From assembly GCA_031459655.1 (NCBI GenBank), contig JAVKID010000004.1, positions 1 to 58,612 on the forward strand: a stretch of 58,612 bases of DNA, written 5' to 3'. Below, one piece after another: positions 1 to 8,378 of this stretch. Position numbers and translations under genes: made by a program. Numbering within the stretch: the first letter of the stretch is position 1; the number at the start of each line of letters is the position of its first letter. Below the pieces are notes generated by a model, which was given only the letters and a program-made list of their open reading frames with translations, had not been told where the DNA came from and did no database searches. This DNA is from Candidatus Fervidifonticultor octavus (GTDB lineage: Bacteria > Sysuimicrobiota > Sysuimicrobiia > Sysuimicrobiales > Humicultoraceae).

Positions 1-415
1 ACACCAGCCCCACGACCACGGGGGCCAGCACCATGGGGAGCAGCACCGCCGTACGCATGGCGATGCGACCACGCACCTCTCCCGCCAGGGCCAGGGCAAA
101 GGCCAGGCCCAGCGCGACCTGAAGGGTGACGCTGGTGACGGTGTAGACAGCGGTCACGCGGAGGCTGTGCCAGAAGCGAGGGTCGGCCAGCATCGCTCCG
201 TAGTTGGCGAGGCCGATGAATCCCGTGGCCCAGGGCCTGGTCAGCTCGATGCGGAAGAACGTCACCGCCAGCAGGAACAGCAGAGGCGCTGTGGAGATGA
301 TGATCAGCAGGAGGAGGCTTGGGCCCACCAGCAGCAGACCGAACCGAGCCTCGCCGCCGGGCCGCGCGCGCCGCAGCCCTCGGGCAGCCGGGACGGTCGC
401 CGGGTGATCGGGCAT
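1..415 (-). CDS. Carbohydrate ABC transporter permease (partial, runs off the left edge)
   Basis: Manual translation from ATG 415: MPDHP...FGLLLVGPSLLLL...FIGLANYGAMLADPRFWHSLRVT...LLPMVLAPVVVGLV. The MalF/UgpA-type GLxNY...D.xFW motif is present. Not in the ORF track. Confidence 0.9.
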   Translation of the reverse strand, partial: MPDHPATVPAARGLRRARPGGEARFGLLLVGPSLLLLIIISTAPLLFLLAVTFFRIELTRPWATGFIGLANYGAMLADPRFWHSLRVTAVYTVTSVTLQVALGLAFALALAGEVRGRIAMRTAVLLPMVLAPVVVGLV

Positions 416-517
416 CAGGCTGCCGGGGGGACCGTCCCGCGCACCGGCCGTGACGACCTTCCCGTCATGGCCACAGGGCGTATCTGGGCCGATCATCGCC
501 TTCCGCTGGCCCAAACA

Positions 518-1909
518 TCACCGGCGCAGAATACGCGACAGCTCCGCGTTGGCCTCATCGAGGGCCTGTTTGGGGGGTTTGCGTCCCACCAGCGCCTCCT
601 GGATGGCGATGGCCATCACCTCGCCGATCTCGGGCCACTCCGGAATGCGCGGACGCCAGTCGGCGTCGGTGTCCTCCCGCAACGCGGTGAGCACCACGTC
701 GGCGTAGTCGCGGGTGAACGCGATGACCTTACGATACTCTGCGTCCCGCCAGATGGACATGCGGTTGACCCCGGTGCGCACCACCGCGTCGGGACTTTCC
801 TTGAACGTGGCCGACCGCAGCTGCGTCGGCCGGCTGGCCAGCCACTGGAGGTACAACCAGGTCGCCTGCTTCTTGCGCGCGGGCAATGCGGCGTTGATGG
901 GCATCGCCCAGTTCCAGATGCTGGTGACCCGCTTGTTGGCCGGGCCCTTGGGCCACCGCTGATAGCCGATCTGTCCTGCGACCTTGGACTTCGCCGGGTT
1001 CTCGATGACCGATGCCGTGCTGTTGGCGTCGATGTACTGCACCAGCGTCCCCGCGGCGAACGCCTCCATGATCTCCGGCCAGTTCCAGTTCTCCACGCCC
1101 TTCGGCGCGAACTCCCGAAGTACGCTCACGTAGTATTCCAGCGACTTCACCCCCGCCTCGCTGTTCACCGTCGGCCGGCCCGCATGGTCGAACCACCGAC
1201 CTCCGTAGGCTCGGAACAGCGACGGCCAGATGTACATGTTCTGCCCGGGGCCGCGAAAGCCTCGAAGCGCCAGGCCGTAAAGGTTTTGGGCCGGCGCATG
1301 GCTGCGCCGGGCCGTCTCGCGCAAGTCGTCCAGCGTTTCGGGAGGGCGCAGACCCAGTCGGTCGTAGATGTCCTTGCGGTAGATGTGAATGGTGACTTCG
1401 CCTTCTACCGGCATGCCCCACAGGCGGCCGCGCACGGTGTTGGCCCGGCGCCAGAGCGGCACGATATCCTCCAGGTCGAACCAGGCCTGGTCGGTGAGCT
1501 TCGAGTCGTTAAGGAAGAGGTCGAGCGGCTCGACCCAGTTGTTGACCGCGTAGAGAGGGAGGTACATCGGGTCGGCCGTGTGGCTGGCGTAGTTGGCGGT
1601 GCGGGCGCCCAGGTCCAGTACCGCCTTCTCGCGCATCTCGCGGGGCGGGATGACCTCGAAGGTAACCTCGATGCCGGAGAGACGGGTAAACTCCGGGGTC
1701 ACCGCGCGGAATTTGGTGAAGTAGTGGGCCGGAGTGACGAGGATGTGGATCCGCTCCCCGGCCAACTGGCGCCAGTTGATCCTGGCAACCGCGTAGGGGT
1801 CGCCGCCGGAAGGTGCCGCCCACGCGGCCTCCAGCGTCCGTCCCAGATAGGCGGCAGTGGCTCCGCCAACGGTCAGGCGGAGCAGTTCACGTCGCGAGAT
1901 CCTGTGCAT
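518..1909 (-). CDS. Sugar ABC transporter substrate-binding protein with Tat signal
   Basis: SRRELL twin-arginine leader; YRKD and GMP motifs of SBP family 1; adjacent to the permease. Confidence 0.9.
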   Translation of the reverse strand: MHRISRRELLRLTVGGATAAYLGRTLEAAWAAPSGGDPYAVARINWRQLAGERIHILVTPAHYFTKFRAVTPEFTRLSGIEVTFEVIPPREMREKAVLDLGARTANYASHTADPMYLPLYAVNNWVEPLDLFLNDSKLTDQAWFDLEDIVPLWRRANTVRGRLWGMPVEGEVTIHIYRKDIYDRLGLRPPETLDDLRETARRSHAPAQNLYGLALRGFRGPGQNMYIWPSLFRAYGGRWFDHAGRPTVNSEAGVKSLEYYVSVLREFAPKGVENWNWPEIMEAFAAGTLVQYIDANSTASVIENPAKSKVAGQIGYQRWPKGPANKRVTSIWNWAMPINAALPARKKQATWLYLQWLASRPTQLRSATFKESPDAVVRTGVNRMSIWRDAEYRKVIAFTRDYADVVLTALREDTDADWRPRIPEWPEIGEVMAIAIQEALVGRKPPKQALDEANAELSRILRR

Positions 1910-3036
1910 CGCTCTTTCCCTCCCTCATCGTGGATCTTCACCCGGGGATACATCGTGCGTTCGATCCGGGCTACGAGCGTCGGCACGACGACCAGCTGAA
2001 TGACAATTCCCGGCACGCCGGTCACCAGCGCCGCCTGCAGGTAGGCCACCGCCGACATCTTGAGACCCAGGGCCGGGCCTATGATGGCGGCGGCGGTGCC
2101 CAAGGCGAGCCGTCCGGCCGCCAGAGTGGGTACGAGCCAGACGTACTCCCGGGCCAGCGAAAGGTGCAGTGGCACCTGAGTCCGGGCGCGGCCCGGCGGC
2201 GTGCCGTATGCACGTACCCAACCACGCACGACTCCCGCCACCAGACCGTACGTGGCCAGCTCGACCATCATCAGCGGCGCCACCGGCGGTACCACCGGCG
2301 GCATGCCCGTGAGCAGATGCGACAGCGCGGGGGCGACGGCCCCGACGAGGCAGCCGACCCGGGCACCGCCCAGCGCTCCCATGAGGAGCACCGGCAGGTG
2401 CATGGGGAGAAGCGTCGGGCCCAGGCCGACTGCGTGGACGACGAGGGGGAGCGCCAGGGCCATGGCCAAGCCGACGCCAGCGGCTGCATGCGTCTGCACC
2501 GCATACCGGACATCCGCAGAGGTGCGCAGGAGGCCCCTGCGCCGGCCATCGGCCCGTCCGGCGTCCGGCCGGCGCGCAGCCAGCCGGGCACTCGTGGCAC
2601 GCACCGCGGCAACCATCCCGTCGAGGCCGGCACCCCCGGTCCGGGCAGCCTCCACGGCGACCTCGAACGGACAGGGGCCGTCGCCACGGCGGTTGAGGAT
2701 CCTGGGCACCTGGCGCTGGCTGGTGAAGGCCACGCCCCGCGCGCGCGCCTCGCGGGCTGCCGCCTCGCTGGCCACCTCGGCGAAGATCATGCGCACACCT
2801 GCCCATGCCGCCACCGCCACGGCCGCCGCGCCGGCGATCCGATCCGCCAGCGCCACGCCGGCGATCCCTCGCGCGCGCAGGTCGTCCGCCGCCTGCACCA
2901 GGGCACCCAGGCCCGGGTCGGCCGACTCGGCCAGCACCAGTCCGTCGCGGACGATGACGAAGCCCAGCGCTCGGTCCCGCAGTCGCCCGGCGGCCAGGAC
3001 CAGATCCCGGGGCGCCCCGTCAGGGAGAGGACCCAT
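1873..3036 (-). CDS. Fusion of a DUF1893 (TM1506-like) domain and an ECF transporter S component
   Basis: N-terminal ADRIAGAAA...SE...ILNRRGDGPCPFE matches DUF1893. The hydrophobic C-terminal LLPMHLPVLLMG...APALSHLLTGMPP...ELATYG matches ECF S components. Confidence 0.75.
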   Translation of the reverse strand: MGPLPDGAPRDLVLAAGRLRDRALGFVIVRDGLVLAESADPGLGALVQAADDLRARGIAGVALADRIAGAAAVAVAAWAGVRMIFAEVASEAAAREARARGVAFTSQRQVPRILNRRGDGPCPFEVAVEAARTGGAGLDGMVAAVRATSARLAARRPDAGRADGRRRGLLRTSADVRYAVQTHAAAGVGLAMALALPLVVHAVGLGPTLLPMHLPVLLMGALGGARVGCLVGAVAPALSHLLTGMPPVVPPVAPLMMVELATYGLVAGVVRGWVRAYGTPPGRARTQVPLHLSLAREYVWLVPTLAAGRLALGTAAAIIGPALGLKMSAVAYLQAALVTGVPGIVIQLVVVPTLVARIERTMYPRVKIHDEGGKERCTGSRDVNCSA

Positions 3037-3988
3037 CCCCGTGCTCCGTCAGCCCTTCGTACACACGGACCAGCGCCGCGCTGTCCAGGTCGCCGAAGCC
3101 CCGGGCCCGGGCCAGATGGTTGAGGAGCTGGACCACCGTCGTCAGCACCGGCGCGCCCCCTGCCGTTCGGGCCATGCCCACGGCCAGGTCGGTGTCCTTG
3201 CAAAGCAAGTCGATGGAAAAGACAGGCACGAAATCCCCGCGCGTCATCCTGTCGCCTGCCTCGCGGAACAGTCCCGAGACGGTGGCGGCGCCGCTGGACA
3301 CGATGGTCTCGTACAACACACCGGGCGCGATACCGACGCGCGGTGCCAGGGCCATCACCTCTGCAGTGGCAGCGTTGATGATGGCAAACATCATCTGGTT
3401 GAGCAGCTTCACGGTGTGTCCGCTGCCGGGAGGGCCGACGTGGATGACCCGGGCTGCGAACGCCTCCAGCACAGGCCGCACCCGGTCGAGGACTGCCTGC
3501 TCGCCCCCCACCGGCACCGTCCACCGTCCAGCCGTGGCCGGACGGCCCAAAATGGGCGCGTCGAGGAAGCCGATCTCAACCGCGGCCGCGCGTGTGGCCA
3601 GCAGCCGGGTCGCGGCGGGATCGCTGGTGCTGGTGTCGACGATGACCTGCGGCGGAGAGGTCAGGCCGGTCAAGCGTTCTACCACCTGCCGGACAGCCTC
3701 CGGGCCCGGTAGCGACAGGATGGCCGCAACGGCACGGGCATTCAGGGCGTCCAGGTCCGGTACCGTGGTCGCTCCTGCTGCGGCCGCCGCCGCCAGCGCC
3801 CGGGCGTCGAGGTCGTGGACCATCACGTGATACCCGCCCGACAGCAGGGCCCCCACGATGATCCGCCCCATAGTGCCGCACCCGACGACGGCCAGCGGCG
3901 CCGGAGGCAGGATCAGGGCGCCCGACGTCGTCGGCTGTGCGTCGCGGGTGGGTACGCGACCTGGGAGGCGCGGCGGGCCCGGCGTCAT
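3020..3988 (-). CDS. NAD(P)-dependent beta-hydroxyacid dehydrogenase (3-hydroxyisobutyrate/2-hydroxy-3-oxopropionate reductase family)
   Basis: GCGTMG Rossmann motif, DTST, FLDAPILG, GSGHTVKLLNQ, LLCKD. ATG 3988 overlaps the stop of the upstream gene (ATGA). Confidence 0.88.
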   Translation of the reverse strand: MTPGPPRLPGRVPTRDAQPTTSGALILPPAPLAVVGCGTMGRIIVGALLSGGYHVMVHDLDARALAAAAAAGATTVPDLDALNARAVAAILSLPGPEAVRQVVERLTGLTSPPQVIVDTSTSDPAATRLLATRAAAVEIGFLDAPILGRPATAGRWTVPVGGEQAVLDRVRPVLEAFAARVIHVGPPGSGHTVKLLNQMMFAIINAATAEVMALAPRVGIAPGVLYETIVSSGAATVSGLFREAGDRMTRGDFVPVFSIDLLCKDTDLAVGMARTAGGAPVLTTVVQLLNHLARARGFGDLDSAALVRVYEGLTEHGDGSSP

Positions 3989-5433
3989 GTCCCGGACGCG
4001 GGCACGCCGGCAGCCCGACGCTCGGCGTGCAGGTGCACCTGGACCCGGGAGAGGCGTGGCACGACCAGCAGGCGCGGGCGTGATCCGACGTGCCGCGCGG
4101 CGTGCCGCAGGGCGTCGTCGAACGTGGCGGCCGGGATACACCCCATGCCGCGGGCGTAGGCGGGCGCACGGGCGCCGACGATGTACACGGCCCGCGCGTA
4201 CCGGTCGGCAAGTCCGCCCATATACGCCATGGAGAAGCCGTGGAAGGGATGGTAGGCGTACCCGTAGCGGTACCGGCGGATCCACTCGGGCCGGGTGCAC
4301 ACCTCGTCTTCGTAGCGGACCAGCGCGTCGACTGTCTGGCAGCGCTGCAACAGCCGGTAGATCTCCCGGTACGCCGGGAACCACTCGTCGTTGAACCAGC
4401 CGTCGCACACGCACGCTGCGATGATGACAGGGAACGGCCGCAGCGCGCCGAAGGCACGGGCCAGGGAGGCGCCGATGGCCTGTTTGAAGAGCAACGGGTT
4501 GGATCCCATGCCCGGCCCGTAGTGGAACGTCCGGGGAATCCCCAGCACCAGCACATCGGCGGGCTCGCCCGGCACCGTGACTTCGGTGCGGCGTCCCGCC
4601 AGGGGCCAGGTGGCCTGCTCCACCTCGGCCAGCCGTCCTGCGTAGACCGCCAGCTGCTGGTTCTGGCCGTTGAGCACGGCGTCGACGGCGAAGAACGGCT
4701 GTTTCATGGCTCGCTCTATCGCCTCGCCGATGCGGCGCAGCTGGTGGCGGAAGCGGCTCCCGGTGGTGATGGGGACGAAATCCGGCCGAAACATGGTGCC
4801 GGGCGCGTGGTGACACCGGATGGATCGCCATCCCACCAGACCGGTACAGGGCATCTTGTACCCACCACTGTAGCCACCGTAGGGGTTGCCCAGCGTGTGT
4901 CCCAGCACGATGGTCAGGTCGGCCTCCAGCACCGCGCGGTTCACTTCTACGACGTCGCCGTCGGCCGTCTCGCCCAGCCGCACCATGCCGTCCGGATCTT
5001 CGGCATCGTGATTGGTGAGCCGCCGGCCGCGAAAACGTGCGACCACTTCGGAGCCCAGGTAGCTTTCGAACTCCTCCGGGAGGTTCTTTCGATGCAAGCC
5101 GACCGCGCAGAGCAGCGTGATATCGTCCTCGCGGACGCCGGCGCCGCGCAGGTGCTCCAGCAGCAGCGGGATGGTGACCCGCCGGTGCGCTGTGGCGTGG
5201 GCACCACCCTTCACCCGGTCGGGAAAGGCAATCACCACCCTGGCGCCCGGGCCGACCAAGGCCGGCAGGCGTGGCAGCCCCAGGGGCTGCGCCAGGGCCC
5301 GCGCGGTCAACGCGACGGGATCCTCGACGGGGACGGGGTCCCGGTAGAGCGCGCCGGGCTCCACCACGACCGCGTCGTCGGGAGCGTCGACCTCGAGGAC
5401 GCCGTCACCATACTCGAGGGCTACCCGCGGCAT
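3985..5433 (-). CDS. Lactate racemase (LarA) superfamily, nickel-pincer-dependent racemase/epimerase
   Basis: PLG...L, FPD, AVGLHR, NHD, GYSGGYK and IRCHH motifs of the LarA/DUF2088 family. Confidence 0.85.
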   Translation of the reverse strand: MPRVALEYGDGVLEVDAPDDAVVVEPGALYRDPVPVEDPVALTARALAQPLGLPRLPALVGPGARVVIAFPDRVKGGAHATAHRRVTIPLLLEHLRGAGVREDDITLLCAVGLHRKNLPEEFESYLGSEVVARFRGRRLTNHDAEDPDGMVRLGETADGDVVEVNRAVLEADLTIVLGHTLGNPYGGYSGGYKMPCTGLVGWRSIRCHHAPGTMFRPDFVPITTGSRFRHQLRRIGEAIERAMKQPFFAVDAVLNGQNQQLAVYAGRLAEVEQATWPLAGRRTEVTVPGEPADVLVLGIPRTFHYGPGMGSNPLLFKQAIGASLARAFGALRPFPVIIAACVCDGWFNDEWFPAYREIYRLLQRCQTVDALVRYEDEVCTRPEWIRRYRYGYAYHPFHGFSMAYMGGLADRYARAVYIVGARAPAYARGMGCIPAATFDDALRHAARHVGSRPRLLVVPRLSRVQVHLHAERRAAGVPASGT

Positions 5434-5600
5434 CGGTTTCCCCCGTACAATGCCTAATCGGTGGCAAGCAAACGTCTTTCAAATCGCCGTATGGTGCGTG
5501 TTCGACACAAGGATTGTCCATTCCTCTATACAAATAGACTTGCTGGCTGGTCCCTCACCGGTCCAGACCCAGGGGGTGCGACGAGGGGAGGCAGCATGAG

Positions 5601-6371
5601 GTGAGGCTCGATCGAGATAGTGGCATTCCCCTCTACGTGCAGATCCGGGAGTTGATCCGCCAGGGTGTCGCCCAGGGGGCCTGGCGGGTGGGCGAGACGC
5701 TGCCTGCGGAGGACGAGTTGAGTGCGGCCTTCGGCGTGAGCCGCGGCACGGTGCGGCAGGCCCTGGGGCACCTGGCGCGGGAGGGCTTGCTGGTCCGTCA
5801 CCGCCGGTCGGGGACCCGCATCGTCCGCGCGCCGGCCGACCCCGGGCTGCTCTTCATCTCCCCCTACAGGGCCATTCGGGCGGCGGGGAAGCACCCTCGG
5901 GTGCAGGTCCTGGCACTAAGGAGGCAGCGCGCGCCGCGGCGCGTGGTAGCGGCGTGGGAAGCCGGCGGGCGGGGGCCGGTCAGCCGCCTTGCCGTGCATT
6001 TCGACCGCGTGTTCTCGGCCGACGGAGAGCCCATCGCCCGGGGAAGTTCGTGGGCACCTGCCCCGCGCTTTGACCGGCTGCTGACCATGGATCTGACCAC
6101 GCGAGCCTTCCTCGACGTGCTGGCCGGAGAGTTCGGCGTGGTCATCACCCGCATCGACGAACGCATGGAGCTGACGGCGATGTCGGCCGAGAACGCCCGC
6201 CTGCTTCGCACCCGGCGCGGAGCCCCGTGTCTGGCGGTCACTCTCTGTCAGTGGTCGCGTGCGGAGCCTGTGGAGTATGCAGAGTTCTGGCTCGACCCGG
6301 CCAAGTCGCGCTATCTGCTCACCGGCCTGATGGGCGTCGATGCCGACGTGGCCCGGGGTCGGGGGCTATAG
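5601..6371 (+). CDS. GntR family transcriptional regulator (HutC/UTRA type)
   Basis: PLYVQI...LPAEDELSAAFGVSRGTVRQAL winged HTH with a UTRA-like C-terminus; divergent from the LarA-like operon. Confidence 0.88.
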   Translation: MRLDRDSGIPLYVQIRELIRQGVAQGAWRVGETLPAEDELSAAFGVSRGTVRQALGHLAREGLLVRHRRSGTRIVRAPADPGLLFISPYRAIRAAGKHPRVQVLALRRQRAPRRVVAAWEAGGRGPVSRLAVHFDRVFSADGEPIARGSSWAPAPRFDRLLTMDLTTRAFLDVLAGEFGVVITRIDERMELTAMSAENARLLRTRRGAPCLAVTLCQWSRAEPVEYAEFWLDPAKSRYLLTGLMGVDADVARGRGL

Positions 6372-6783
6372 CTGCTCGAAGTGCTCGTCCAGCACCGGCG
6401 TGTGCCCCATGGCCAGGGGCGGCGAGCAGTGGTCTTCCTCTTCCCAGGCGGCGTCGCCGGTCTGCGGGACAGAGGCATCACCGAGATCCTCGTCAGCGAC
6501 GGCACCTTGAACAGACCCGCTGTCGGGCCGCGTCGCCTCCCAGGTACGCCTCAACGGAAAGCCCGCCGACAAGGCGGCGATCAACACCTGGCTGGCCAGC
6601 ACCTTCACTACTCTTCGGGTCGCCGGAGTTCAACGATAGCCAGATCACCAGGAAGACGCAGGAGGCCGATGCGGCCGGTCCTGACCTCGTTGTCGCCACG
6701 GCGTCCCGCGATTCGGCTGGGACGCCGTGGCCGATCTGGCGGCCTTCCTGGCGCGGACTCCGGGCCTCGTTCCCCGGTGACGA

Positions 6784-7350
6784 TCAATCCTCCAGCGCTA
6801 CGGACACCGGCACCGGGTTGCGGAGAATGTCCATTACCGGGGACGTCTGCTGGACGTAGTTGCACAGTTCGACGATCTTGTCGCGCGGAGCGTCGGCCTT
6901 GACCCGGTACGAGAGCCGGACGTTCTGGAAGCCCGCCCGTGTCTGCTCGGAGAGTCCCAGGAAGCCGTGCAGGTCCAGGTCGCCCTCCACCTTGAACTGC
7001 AGGCTCTCGACCTTGATCCCCTGGGCGGCAGCGTTGTAGACGAACCCGACGGCCAGGCAGGATGCCAGGGCGTGGAGCACCGCCTCCACCGCGTTGGGCG
7101 CGGCGTTGCTCCCCAGCAGCACCGGCGGCTCGTCGCCCTCCAGGACAAACGGCCTGGTGCGTGAGGTATCTTCCTGTCCTGCACCGTAGAAACCCTGGAT
7201 CTTTGTCCGGGACCGCCCGCCATCCACCCAATCGCTGGTGGCCCGGAACGTGAACCGCGCCAGGCTCGGGTTGGATTTGATGGCGTTGACAGTCGCTACC
7301 AGTCGCTCCACGTTGACTCCGTTCAGGATTGTCTGCGTAGCCATGCTCAT
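6784..7350 (-). CDS. OsmC/Ohr family protein
   Basis: DEPPVLLG...NAVEAVLHALASCL...GDLDLHGFLG...TSPV; AGGAGG RBS upstream. Confidence 0.88.
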   Translation of the reverse strand: MSMATQTILNGVNVERLVATVNAIKSNPSLARFTFRATSDWVDGGRSRTKIQGFYGAGQEDTSRTRPFVLEGDEPPVLLGSNAAPNAVEAVLHALASCLAVGFVYNAAAQGIKVESLQFKVEGDLDLHGFLGLSEQTRAGFQNVRLSYRVKADAPRDKIVELCNYVQQTSPVMDILRNPVPVSVALED

Positions 7351-7381
7351 CCCTCCTTGGAATGCGCATGTGGCCAGTTCA

Positions 7382-7744
7382 TCATCGCTTGACGGCGTCC
7401 GCCAGCTCGATCAAGACGTTGGGTTCGTCGCCGACGACCCATGCGTCATGTCCAGGATGCATGATGGCGACGTCGCCAGGACCAAATTCCATCTCCGTGC
7501 CATCATCCATCCGGATCCGCTGCCGGCCCGCCAGAAAGATCTTCACATGATACCGCTGGCAGCTCTCGCCACCTACAACAGGCTTCACGTGCGTTGACCA
7601 CCGCCAGCCGGGCTCAAGCGTCTCGCGATAGAATGTCAGCCCATTGAGGTGAATGACCTGGATCTTCCCTGTCTCGAACGGGCGCCGGACCTCGTCGGGT
7701 GTATCGAAGTTCTTCCCCATGATGGCGGCAGGCGCTTGCGACAT
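7382..7744 (-). CDS. Cupin domain protein
   Basis: FDTPDEVR...EPGWRWSTHVKP...CQRYH...PGHDAWVVGDEP; GAGGAGG RBS before ATG 7744. Confidence 0.85.
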   Translation of the reverse strand: MSQAPAAIMGKNFDTPDEVRRPFETGKIQVIHLNGLTFYRETLEPGWRWSTHVKPVVGGESCQRYHVKIFLAGRQRIRMDDGTEMEFGPGDVAIMHPGHDAWVVGDEPNVLIELADAVKR

Positions 7745-7798
7745 ACGTTGTCCCCTCCTCTCTCCGCGTGAGCCCTCCTCCGAAACACACACCGCCTC

Positions 7799-8161
7799 TC
7801 AGAACGAGACTACCCTGTCATATTCCGCCACCAGCGCCGCGAACTGCTTGGGCGTGATGAACTGGCCATTCTTGCCCTGCAGGTCTTGCTCGGTCACCCC
7901 ACGGGCGGCCGAACAGCCGCCTCAGACGTAGATCGGAATCTTGGACTCGATGACCTTCGCCATCAGGTCCTTCATAGGCGGCCAGCCCACCGGCACGATG
8001 GCGTTGGCCACGACCTCCTTCATCACCACCACCGCGTCGGCCACCAGGCCGATGGCAGCCTGGTGGCCGGCTTCCACGGCCCCTATGGCCGACAATAACG
8101 GCAGGACCGCCTTCGTGGGGTTCTCGGACCCGTGGGTCCCATTGAAGAACAAGCGGGCCAT
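7799..8161 (-). CDS. DsrE/DsrF-like family protein, probable selenoprotein (in-frame TGA at 7922-7924, U80-G-G-C83)
   Basis: Reading through the TGA gives 120 aa ending ...IPIYV[U]GGCSAARGVTEQDLQGKNGQFITPKQFAALVAEYDRVVSF. This is a complete DsrE fold with UxxC at the usual CxxC...RG site. Confidence 0.85.
7887..7915 (-). promoter_or_regulatory. Candidate bacterial SECIS hairpin
   Basis: mRNA 3' of the UGA reads UGUUCGG-C-CGCCC-GUG-GGGUG-A-CCGAGCA. It forms 7+5 bp with G-U pairs, and the apical loop starts with GU about 20 nt after the UGA. Confidence 0.65.
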
Positions 8162-8332
8162 CCGCGTCACCCCCCTCACCCCATCCTGAATTCATCAATG
8201 TCAGAGACGGGGCTGCGGCGCAGATTTATTGCACGACCGGAGGGCCAGGGTCCGGCCGGCCGGCGGGTCGGGCGAGCGGCCTGTCGACCCTCCGGGAAGC
8301 CGCCTGCACCACCTCCGGCGGTCAGGGCCTGC

Positions 8333-8378
8333 TTGACTTACTCATGCATTTGAGTAAAAATACTCATGGATATGAGTA
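8333..8378 (+). promoter_or_regulatory. Promoter region with two tandem TACTCA-N6-TGAGTA palindromes (putative operator)
   Basis: TTGACT at 8333; TTACTCA-TGCATT-TGAGTAA at 8338-8357; TACTCA-TGGATA-TGAGTA at 8361-8378. AT-rich island in GC-rich DNA. Confidence 0.7.

Noticed and set aside
167-1999. Long antisense or alternate-frame ORFs (for example 167-1999 +, 12472-14763 +, 16378-18252 +, 49938-52097 -, 56390-58045 +)
   Set aside because: Shadow ORFs of real genes in high-GC DNA: Arg/Pro/Gly-rich with no family motifs.
5434-5600. GntR/HutC operator (TCTAT-ACAA-ATAGA region near 5525-5540)
   Set aside because: AT-rich and plausible, but only a weak partial palindrome, so it was not called as a feature.
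7922-7924. Simple nonsense mutation (pseudogene) in dsrE
   Set aside because: The stop falls exactly on the redox Cys position, the downstream frame is intact, and a SECIS-like hairpin follows. Selenocysteine is the simpler explanation.
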